64,000 nt of DNA, from assembly GCA_963836075.1 (NCBI GenBank), contig CAWIIB010000009.1:928001-992000 (forward strand). The letters are read 5' to 3'. The notes under the pieces are model-generated. The model had not been told where the DNA came from and ran no database searches. It saw only the letters and a program-made list of their open reading frames with translations. Made by a program: the position numbers and the translations under genes. Of the stretch, positions 53,155 through 61,476 are shown piece after piece. Position 1 is the first letter of the stretch, and every line of letters starts with the position of its first letter. The stretch is from an uncultured Acidobacteriota bacterium. GTDB taxonomy: Bacteria > Acidobacteriota > JAQAZP01.

Positions 53155-53958
53155 TCAAAAGCCGAACTTGAACCCGAGATACGGGCCGTACAGTGCGAGC
53201 TTCGTCTTGAGCTCGGCCCGTTCGAAGTCTTCTTCCAGTTCTATCTGCAGGTAGCGGTAGCCGGCGAACAGCGTGTAGCGATCCTCCTGCCCGAACGCGT
53301 ACCCCAGGCCGGCCTGGCCGCTCCAGGTATACTCGGTGCCGCCGGTGCTCCCGTCCGCCTTGATGTGGTACCGCCAGTTTTCGGCGAACCGGCCCATGTA
53401 GCGCAGGCCGACAAGGGCGTCGTAGTTCGTGCCGCTCGGCTCGAAACGGCGATAGTCGGTTTCTTCGCCGCCGGGGGTCTGGATGCGGATGTCGGTGGAC
53501 TGGTCGGCATCGAGGATCCGCAGGCCATAGATCAGGCTGAAGCCCTCGCCATGACCCCGCGGGTTGTAGATGCCCGCCGCGTCGAAGAGGATCAGCTCGA
53601 AATCGCTGGTGGCGACGATGTCGCTGCCACCGGGCCCGCGGAGGGGGTAGCGCTTGTCGTCGTCGTCAAAGTCATAGTAGGTGAAATCGAGCAGGAATCC
53701 GTGGCGCCCGCGCTGGCCCTGGAGATTGATCTGGAACACGAAGTCCAGCCTGTCCACCAGCTCGCTCAGATCCACAGTTTCGTCGAGGAACTCCCGGTCA
53801 TTGACCGATACGTCGGCGCTGACTTGGCTCATAAATAAGTATGGCGTGACGCTCCACTCCCACTCCTCGGCGTTGGCCGTCGCCGGCAGGACGAAAAGCC
53901 CCGCGACCACCATCGCCATCAGCATCCCGAGCAGTTCCGTTGTCCTCCGCATCTTCAT
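53155..53958 (-). CDS. Outer-membrane beta-barrel protein
   Basis: Signal peptide ANA-EE; WEWSVTPYLF, AGYRYL, terminal GPYLGFKFGF. Confidence 0.8.
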   Translation of the reverse strand: MKMRRTTELLGMLMAMVVAGLFVLPATANAEEWEWSVTPYLFMSQVSADVSVNDREFLDETVDLSELVDRLDFVFQINLQGQRGRHGFLLDFTYYDFDDDDKRYPLRGPGGSDIVATSDFELILFDAAGIYNPRGHGEGFSLIYGLRILDADQSTDIRIQTPGGEETDYRRFEPSGTNYDALVGLRYMGRFAENWRYHIKADGSTGGTEYTWSGQAGLGYAFGQEDRYTLFAGYRYLQIELEEDFERAELKTKLALYGPYLGFKFGF

Positions 53959-54049
53959 TTCCTCCTCGTTTCCCCTCTGGGTTCCCGACGGCGGCCAGCC
54001 GCGGGAGGTGATATTGAACACTACCGGATGAATACTGACTGTTCAGCGT

Positions 54050-54065
54050 TGCCAGATTCGTACCA
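54050..54065 (-). promoter_or_regulatory. Sigma54 -24/-12 promoter, module B
   Basis: Minus strand TGGTACGAATCTGGCA: GG-N10-GC, 14/16 identical to the module A promoter. Confidence 0.78.
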
Positions 54066-54162
54066 GTAGATGCCCGGCGGGCATCCGGCATCCCAAGTGC
54101 AAGTTATTAATATGGTTGTGCTAAGCAGGGGGTGAGGAGAATGAAGAGGCCGTGAGTTGAGC

Positions 54163-54196
54163 CGCCGAAATGTTGGCAGTTGCCATTATTTCGGCA
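54163..54196. promoter_or_regulatory. Tandem enhancer (UAS) candidates, module B
   Basis: CGCCG-AAATGT-TGGCA and TGCCA-TTATTT-CGGCA, same 18-bp period and position as in module A. Confidence 0.55.
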
Positions 54197-56230
54197 TCGC
54201 CCGGCTGGATCGCCTGATGCCCAGCTTCTTGATCTTTGCCTGGAGGGTCGATCGTTTCAGGCCGAGAATCTCCGCGGCGCCGCCCGGCCCGGAGACGCGC
54301 CAGCCGGTCTTCTCCAGCACGGCCGTCACGTGCATCCGCTCCATGTCCTCGAGGCTGGCGAACGCGTCGGCTTCCGCAGGACGCGGACCTCGGCACCTGA
54401 ACCTCCAGGGATTTTCTCTTGCTCATAATCATGGCGTTCTCGATCAGGTTTCTCAGCTCCCGCACGTTGCCCGGCCAGGAATGGGATTGCAGGGCCTGCA
54501 TGGTCTGCTTCGGAATGCTCTCGATCTCTTTTCCCATCCTCTTCTGAAATTCCCTGATGAACTTCCAGACCAGGAGAGGAATATCGTCCGGCCGCTCACG
54601 AAGGGGCGGGATCACGATGGGAAACACATTCAGCCGGTAGAAGAGGTCCCGCCTGAAGCGGCCGTCCTCTCACGTCCTTCTCCAGGTCCCGGTTGGTGGC
54701 GGCGATGATGCGGACGTCGACGTTCTGGGATCGTGTGGAACCCAGCCTCTCGAAGCAGCCGTCCTCGAGGACCCGCAGCAGCTTGCTCTGCAGTTCGATG
54801 GGGATTTCACCGATCTCGTCGAGAAAGAGGGTCGATCCGTGCGCCAGCTCGAAGCGGCCGGCCATTCTGGTCAGGGCGCCGGTGTACGCTCCTTTTTCCC
54901 GGCCGAAGAGGTCGCTTTCGATCAGTGTGGGCGCGATTGCGGCACAGTTGACCGTCACCAGCGGCCGCTCTTTCCGGGAGCTCATGCCATGGATCGCCCG
55001 GGCCAGCAGTTCCTTACCCGTCCCGGTTTCCCCCAGGATGAGGACCGTGGAATCCGTGGGGGCGACCTGCTCCGCCCGGGAAAGGACCCGCTTCATCGCA
55101 GCGCTCTGGGCCACGATCCCCGTGTGCTCGGTCAGCAGCCGGACCTCTTCCAGCAGGTAGAGATTCTCCTGTTCCAGACGCTGCTTGAGCCCTTCGATCT
55201 CGTCGAGTTGTTCCTTGAGCTGCTCTTCCATCTGCATGCGTTCGGTGATGTCGAGCGACACGCCGACAAAGCGGGACGATTCACCGGCTGGTTTGCCGTG
55301 CCGTTGCCCGCGGGAGCAGATCCATTTGACCTCTCCGTCCGGGCGCACGATCCTGTAGTCGCAGTGGAAGTTCTCTCCCGATTGGAGGGCCTGCTGCACG
55401 GCCAGGTCGACCTTCTCTCCGTCCTCGGCATGGATGACCTTGAAGAAACTGCGATAGGTCAGATCTTCGTCCGGAGCAAAATGGAACAGTTCCCGGGTTT
55501 TGGGCGATACCCAGACGCTTTCGGTGTCGAGATCCATGACCCAGAGACCCATTCCCGCAGCGTCCGTCGCCACACTGAGCTTCGCCTCGTTTTCGCGCAA
55601 CGACTCTTCGGCCTTTTTGCGGGCCAGCGCGTTGGAAAACACCTGCGCGACCAGCTCGAATCCATTCACGATACTGTCCGGCCAGCTTCGCTCTTCGCGG
55701 GTGACAGCGAAGGTCAACAAGCCGAACACCGGCCCATCTCCAACCAGCAGTGGGACACAGACCACCGACCTGGTTCCGTACACGTCGTAAAACTTCCGGT
55801 CGAGATCTGCTTCAGGCGGGAGGTCGGTCATTTTCGCAATGATGACCTTCTCCCCGTCCAGGAGCTTCTGTGCTGTCCAGGGGAAGAAATCCTTTGCATC
55901 CAGCCGCTCGAGGGGCCCCAGGTTTTCCGGAGGCTGAGAAATATGTGTCAGCAGCAGCTTCCCGGGCTCTTGCTCAGGGGTTTGAAACAGTGTGGAGCGG
56001 TCAAGATCGAGCAGCTCGCAGATGCGGCGCTGGGCGTGTTCAATGTCGCTGTCGATCTGGTCGGCGGGCAGGTTGATGAACCGCGAGGAGATTTCGCGCA
56101 TCAACGTTTCGAACCTCAGCCGCTTGTCGAGGCTCCGCTTCAATGTCGCGATGTGCTCGGTTTTTTTCGCCTGGATTCGCTCATCCGCGTCTTGCGGGGG
56201 CTGCTGCCTCGTCGGGCCACTCTTGTCCAT
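54186..56230 (-). CDS. Sigma54-dependent activator (GAF-PAS-AAA+-Fis HTH), paralog B (indels ~54375, ~54668)
   Basis: Same motifs as paralog A (GETGTGKE, GAYTGA, WPGNVREL) plus PAS domain (GLWVMDL...DYRIVRPDGEVKWI...DITER). Confidence 0.9.
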
Positions 56231-56273
56231 CGCATACCCCTTGGATGACCCGGCCCTTCTTGAGCTGGCCGGA

Positions 56274-57617
56274 TCAAGGCGCCGCGAACCGTTCCTGGTT
56301 GTTGTCCAACACCTGGATGCCGAGAGCCGTCATCTCATGCCGGCAGCGATTGGAACAACTGCCGAGCAGGTAGAGCTCGGACGTGCTTTTTCCCTGGGCC
56401 CGCGTCTGTTCCCCGATCATCCGCGCCCGCGCGGCGACCGCTTCCGTCCAGAGGAGGTGGTCGGTGGCGGCCACGGCCAGCACCTGGCCCTGGCGGGTCA
56501 GTGCGCTGAGCGACGCCGTGGAATCGAGTATCCGGGCCAACGGTGTTTTTTTCTGGTGGTGCCAGGCCAGAATCATCACGTTGCGGGTGAAGAAACGGGA
56601 CTCTTCGCCCGATTCGATTTTCGCCGCTTCCGCGATCAGCTCCACCCTGTTTTCAACACCGGGCATCTCCACAACGGCCTGGACGATCATCGTCTGGCTG
56701 GTCGGGCTGTGCCACGGGTTGGTGAAGAAGCGCTCCAGGAGCGATTGCTCCATGCCCAGCGCCAGCAGCTGCTTTTCGTTGAGAATCTTCAGATCGTAGG
56801 GATCGGTCTCCCAGACCAGCTGGTTCGCTTTGCGGAGATACCTGACCCCGGGGATCCCGGGGACCACCAATCGCATGCCTAAACCCGCCGCGGCGTCCAC
56901 CCGGGCCACCTGCTCGATGGCTTTGCGCAACACTTCATTCGTGCCGTAGGGGTCGACTTCGAGCTTGGCCGCCCAGCGGCGCTGGGCGGAGGTGACACCG
57001 AACCACTTCCCGGCATATTCTTCCGCGGCGTCGACGGCCTTGTCCTTGGTCGTAGGTTCATTCTCCGATTTGGATTCTTCGGCCGAAGTCTCACCGTCAT
57101 CCTCGTCCTGGTGACGCTTCTCCCTGGTCTTGTCGAGGTATTCACCTGCCTGCTTCTTGTAACGCTTGAACTTTCGTGAGACGCCACCGGGGATCCCCTT
57201 GACCGTCTCCACCGGGTGCGAGGCGAATTCGGCGATGGTCTGGATCTGGCTCAACCCGGCTTCCTTTGCCGCGTCGATAAAGACCTCTGTTTTGGAGAGT
57301 TCGTCGAGCTGGACCAGGGCGTGGATTTCGTGGACCCGGACGGCGAGCAGCTCGGTGCCGTAGGCCTCGAACTCACCGAAGTCGGAGTTGATGCGGTAGA
57401 AGTTCAGGTACCCGTCATTGTGGACCTTGTCGACCACACTGTGGTGCTCGCTGCGCAGCAGCTCCCCGGGCAGGATTGTTTTGGCGCTGAGCGATGTGGA
57501 GGTTTCGAAATCCTCGCCGCCGGCGAGCGGCGCGGTGGAGCAAAGCGCCAGGGCCAGGGCCAGCGGGAGAGCCGGACGGACTCGGCGGAAAATCCTTTTC
57601 AGCGGCCGTTGCATCAT
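56274..57617 (-). CDS. Hypothetical exported protein
   Basis: Signal peptide; ~447 aa; LEVDPYGTNEVL motif; family not recognised. Confidence 0.7.
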   Translation of the reverse strand: MMQRPLKRIFRRVRPALPLALALALCSTAPLAGGEDFETSTSLSAKTILPGELLRSEHHSVVDKVHNDGYLNFYRINSDFGEFEAYGTELLAVRVHEIHALVQLDELSKTEVFIDAAKEAGLSQIQTIAEFASHPVETVKGIPGGVSRKFKRYKKQAGEYLDKTREKRHQDEDDGETSAEESKSENEPTTKDKAVDAAEEYAGKWFGVTSAQRRWAAKLEVDPYGTNEVLRKAIEQVARVDAAAGLGMRLVVPGIPGVRYLRKANQLVWETDPYDLKILNEKQLLALGMEQSLLERFFTNPWHSPTSQTMIVQAVVEMPGVENRVELIAEAAKIESGEESRFFTRNVMILAWHHQKKTPLARILDSTASLSALTRQGQVLAVAATDHLLWTEAVAARARMIGEQTRAQGKSTSELYLLGSCSNRCRHEMTALGIQVLDNNQERFAAP

Positions 57618-58040
57618 GATCAACCCCTCGTCGTTTATCAGGGCCATTCTTCTTTCCGGCCAGGTACCGGCACCATAGTCCGCATCCTCTGGATGCGGCC
57701 GGAGAAGGAAAACCACAAAGTGTGCAGGTTGCAAAGTTTACCACATTTATTTTTGAACCACACGGCATGGCATTGTCAGCATCGCGTCGGCGGCGCACCG
57801 CAATGTTGTTTAGCGGAAATGGCGAGACCTGGCCGCTGTCCCCGCTCTCGAAAAAGATTTTCGGGCGCTCGATGGAGGAGAAGATCAGGAGCGGTTCGCC
57901 GAATGGCCTTGCCCACCCGTGCCGGTCGAATCGGATTCTGGTATATTGTCCCTGTTTTCATTGGCGTTATCCAACCAGGGCCGGCCGGCGTTCTCCCTGC
58001 CGTTCCGTGGCCCGTTCGACCAGACTGGAGGCGCTGACCG

Positions 58041-58706
58041 ATGAAACCAGGAAGCACCGGGATCGGATCCACGGCTCGGGCAACCATGCTTAGCTTGCTG
58101 CTCCCGGGCCTGTTGCTTGTCGGCGGATGCGCCGGCGACGCGCAACAGATGTCCGGGGAGGCCGCGAAAACGGCGCCCCCGCCGGCCGCCGCCAAACCCC
58201 CGGCGCCACCCGCGGCGACCCATGACGCCGACCAGTCCACCAGCCTGATTGCGGCGGCGGCCATGGGTGATGCCGGCCGGGCCAGGGAAGCGCTGGGCCG
58301 GGGCGCCGACCCGAACGTCCGCCACCCGGAGGGCTACACGGCCCTGATGGCGGCCGCCTTTGACGGGCACAGCGCCGTGGTGCAGGCACTGCTGGAGCAC
58401 GGCGCACGGATCGACGTCCTCGACCCTGCCGGCCGCACCGCTTTGATGTACGCCTCCAGCGGCCCCTTCGAAGAAACGGTGAGAATCCTGCTGGAGCACG
58501 GGGCCGACCCGCTGGTGGTGGACAGGGATGAGCAGTTCACCGCGCTGATGTTTGCCGCCGGCGAGGGGCAGGTGGCGGTGATCAAGGCCCTGCTCGAGTA
58601 TGGCGCCGACCCGAACACGGTTGATGCGGACGGTGACACGGCCCTCGATTTCGCCACCAGGAACGGGCATGCCGAGACCGTGGCCCTGCTGGAGAGCCTG
58701 CAGTAG
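58041..58706 (+). CDS. Ankyrin-repeat lipoprotein
   Basis: Lipobox LVGGC; repeats GYTALMAA, GRTALMYA, FTALMFAA, GDTALDFA with LLEHGAD. Confidence 0.9.
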   Translation: MKPGSTGIGSTARATMLSLLLPGLLLVGGCAGDAQQMSGEAAKTAPPPAAAKPPAPPAATHDADQSTSLIAAAAMGDAGRAREALGRGADPNVRHPEGYTALMAAAFDGHSAVVQALLEHGARIDVLDPAGRTALMYASSGPFEETVRILLEHGADPLVVDRDEQFTALMFAAGEGQVAVIKALLEYGADPNTVDADGDTALDFATRNGHAETVALLESLQ

Positions 58707-58752
58707 TTCCGGTTTTTCCATTGTTGTATACTGATCACTTGAGGATGGAACA

Positions 58753-59172
58753 GTGGACATCTCACCGGATCATATTCAACAAATCGAGAGTATTGCCGGG
58801 GACCACCGGCTGTCGCTGGTTTTGCTGTTCGGCTCCGCGGTTTCCAGCCGGGGTGAACACCGGGGGAGTGATCTGGACATCGCTGTCCGCTACTCGGGCA
58901 AGGTGCCGGAGTTCAAAGAGCAGTGCCAGTTGATCCGTCAGCTCCAGGGGCTCTTCCCCGATCGAGAAGTGGACCTGGCGGTGATCAACCACGCCGATCC
59001 GCTTTTCCTGAAGAAGATCACCGAAAACTGCCGGCTTCTTTACGGTGATCCCGTCCAGCTTCAGGAACTCAAGATTTACGCCTTCAAGCGTTACCAGGAT
59101 CACCGCCGCTATTTCGTGATGGAGAGGGACTTTGTTGACCGGTATCTGGAAACGACTATGGAAGTGGAATGA
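58753..59172 (+). CDS. MntA-like minimal nucleotidyltransferase antitoxin (type VII TA)
   Basis: LFGS...SDLDIAV, EVDLAVIN; overlaps the HEPN gene (ATGA). Confidence 0.85.
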   Translation: MDISPDHIQQIESIAGDHRLSLVLLFGSAVSSRGEHRGSDLDIAVRYSGKVPEFKEQCQLIRQLQGLFPDREVDLAVINHADPLFLKKITENCRLLYGDPVQLQELKIYAFKRYQDHRRYFVMERDFVDRYLETTMEVE

Positions 59173-59609
59173 TCGACCCTGTCCTCATCACGCGTAAGAT
59201 CAATCTCATCGTCAGGGACGTGAACGCCCTGACAGCATACGGCCAGTTGTCTCTCGAGGAGTACCTGTCAGACCCGGTGACTGAAGTCGCCGCGGAGCGG
59301 TACCTGGAGCGGATTATCGGCCGGTTGATCGACATCAATTTTCACATCATCACCGAACTGGGCCACCCGCCGCCGAAGGATTACTTCGACTCTTTCACCA
59401 CCCTGGGGAAGCTGCAGGTGCTGCCGGTGGAGTTTTCCCAAAAGATCGCTTCGGCCGCCGGCCTTCGCAACCGAATCGTTCACGAGTATGACGAACTGGA
59501 CGAAAAGAAGATCCACGAAGCGCTCCAGGAGGCCCTGCAGGACATCCCGCTATTCATCAAGCACGTCAACCGGTTCGTTCAAAAGCCGGATTCCCTCTCT
59601 CCTGAGTAA
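59169..59609 (+). CDS. HepT/DUF86 HEPN RNase toxin (type VII TA)
   Basis: AAERYLE; GLRNRIVHEY = Rx4HxY motif. Confidence 0.88.
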   Translation: MIDPVLITRKINLIVRDVNALTAYGQLSLEEYLSDPVTEVAAERYLERIIGRLIDINFHIITELGHPPPKDYFDSFTTLGKLQVLPVEFSQKIASAAGLRNRIVHEYDELDEKKIHEALQEALQDIPLFIKHVNRFVQKPDSLSPE

Positions 59610-59699
59610 CCCGGGCAGTGACTCGGCGAGCTGGTCGCCAGCGCGGTCAATGTTCCTTTCGGGGTGAGACGGCCACGTGGCCGGCCGTCAGCATCGAGA

Positions 59700-59839
59700 C
59701 CGACGATACCTGTTTCAGCGGGGGGGCCGGCATCCGCTTCCGGCTCAACCAGGAGAACCGGGTCAACTTCCGTGTCGACTATGCCGTGGGCGAGAACGAC
59801 CAGGACGGATTTTACGTCGGCGTCATGGAAGCTTTCTGA
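59700..59839 (+). pseudogene. C-terminal remnant of an Omp85/BamA-TamA-type barrel gene
   Basis: GGAGIRFRL...VNFRVDYAVG...GFYVGVMEAF terminal strands with no upstream gene body. Confidence 0.6.
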
Positions 59840-59858
59840 GCGGAACGAGCAGCGATAC

Positions 59859-60719
59859 TCAGCTGATCCGCTTGACGATCTGCCGGAAGAAATCCCGGGA
59901 CCAGACCTCAAGTGCCCGCTGGTCCCTGATGAACGGGGCCACTTCCTGCCGGGCATGTTCAACATTCAGTCCATCGATTGCGTTGTGCAGCAGGGCCTGG
60001 AGCCGGTCCATGGTCAGCGGCGCTCTATCATCATAGTCTCCGGACTGCCGCATCCTCGATTCCAGGTGGCTCAGGTGAACGTTCGGATGTCGTCCGACAT
60101 ACCAGACCAGATCGTACCAGTCGCGGCCCTTCACCCGGGTCTTCCACTTGCGGCACAGGACGGCATGGAGCTTGCCGGCAAAGAGGTCCGGCAGGGTGTA
60201 CGTGCGCACCGAGAACGGGATGGGCTGCAGGACGTATTGCGATTCAGTGTCAAAGCCCGGCGGTGGATCCCTGTCCACTTCCAGCCGGACCTTGAGTTTC
60301 CGATCGGGATTCAGGCCATGGAGCACATCCTCTCCGGCTCCGATGAGAATCAACTGTTGATAGGTGTTGGCTTTCAGAAACGCTGAATCGACCGGGCTGT
60401 CATGTTGTTTCCGTCTTGGTTCGAACTCGACGCTGAAGCCGAAGCTTTCGATTTCCCTCTGCAGTGCATCTCCGTATGCCCCGAGGGAGAACCGGGCATC
60501 CGGTCTGATCAATGAAAAGTCCAGGTCCTCCGAGTAGCGGTCCAGACCGTGCAGGATCCTCAGTGCGGTTCCACCATAGAAGGCCGCGTGCTCGAAGAAC
60601 TTGCTGCGCCAGAGCCCGAGCAGGGCCACCTCCTGCAGGATTTCCCTGAGGGCGTGCAGGTAGTCGTCGCGGCTTTGACATTGATAGCGATCCAGCATGC
60701 TGCGAATGGCGTCATTCAT
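59859..60719 (-). CDS. AbiEii/AbiGii nucleotidyltransferase toxin (type IV TA)
   Basis: FYGGTALRILHGLDRYSEDLDF, AGKLHA, KGRDWYD. Confidence 0.9.
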   Translation of the reverse strand: MNDAIRSMLDRYQCQSRDDYLHALREILQEVALLGLWRSKFFEHAAFYGGTALRILHGLDRYSEDLDFSLIRPDARFSLGAYGDALQREIESFGFSVEFEPRRKQHDSPVDSAFLKANTYQQLILIGAGEDVLHGLNPDRKLKVRLEVDRDPPPGFDTESQYVLQPIPFSVRTYTLPDLFAGKLHAVLCRKWKTRVKGRDWYDLVWYVGRHPNVHLSHLESRMRQSGDYDDRAPLTMDRLQALLHNAIDGLNVEHARQEVAPFIRDQRALEVWSRDFFRQIVKRIS

Positions 60720-61365
60720 CGCTCGCGTTCTCCTGCTGCGTCAGGTAGCGGAGCAGCGTGTCGATCTTACGGGAATCATAGACCCTGGCGATGGAAGCCA
60801 GGCGTGGCGGATCGAGGTCGCGGAGTGCTTCGGGGCTGATTCGAAGATCATCGAAGAGATACCTCCCGTAGTCGCCCATTCGCTGTCCGCTGAAGCGCTT
60901 GTCGGTCCAGACCTTGTCCACCAGGGCCTTTTCCGGTGATGCCACCAGGAACCGTGATTGGCCTTCTGTTTGCAGAACCGCACCGTTGGCATAGCGCGGC
61001 CGGCTGAGCGTTCGGTAGGAGAAATTCCCCAGGGCGGTTGTGAATCGGCGGGAGCGGCCGGTTGTGACGGAAGTGACCGTTTCCACGCGCTCCGGAATCA
61101 GCCCGTGGTAACTCAGGGCATGATCCAGGCTGACGTATGAGGGCCCGTAAATCAGGTTCGCGAGATACTCGCGACAGACGGGCTCACGGCGAAACGCTTC
61201 GCCAAAGCAGTAGAGACCCTTCTTGATGCGCACGATGTCACCGCTGGTCAATAGCCTGGTGATCTTGTCTCTCGGCTTGCCATAGCTATGAAGTGCACCC
61301 ATCAGGGCCTGATAGTCGAACACATCCATCTCGATCTTCTGTCGGATTGATGCTATATCACTCAT
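60712..61365 (-). CDS. AbiEi-family antitoxin/transcriptional regulator (type IV TA)
   Basis: IVRIKKGLY, PSYVSLDHALSYHGLIPE, ASPEKALVD; overlaps the toxin start. Confidence 0.88.
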   Translation of the reverse strand: MSDIASIRQKIEMDVFDYQALMGALHSYGKPRDKITRLLTSGDIVRIKKGLYCFGEAFRREPVCREYLANLIYGPSYVSLDHALSYHGLIPERVETVTSVTTGRSRRFTTALGNFSYRTLSRPRYANGAVLQTEGQSRFLVASPEKALVDKVWTDKRFSGQRMGDYGRYLFDDLRISPEALRDLDPPRLASIARVYDSRKIDTLLRYLTQQENASDE

Positions 61366-61385
61366 CCAGCCATTCCTTGAATAGA

Positions 61386-61418
61386 CGTAGTATGTCCACG
61401 AATAATGGACATACTACG
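61386..61418. promoter_or_regulatory. Inverted-repeat operator upstream of abiEi
   Basis: CGTAGTATGTCCA-N7-TGGACATACTACG, perfect 13-bp arms, 20 bp upstream of the antitoxin ATG. Confidence 0.7.
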
Positions 61419-61476
61419 CTAAAAAAACGTTTGTGTCAAATGCCCTGAAGAGAATCGGGTGAGATTTTGGGTGTGA

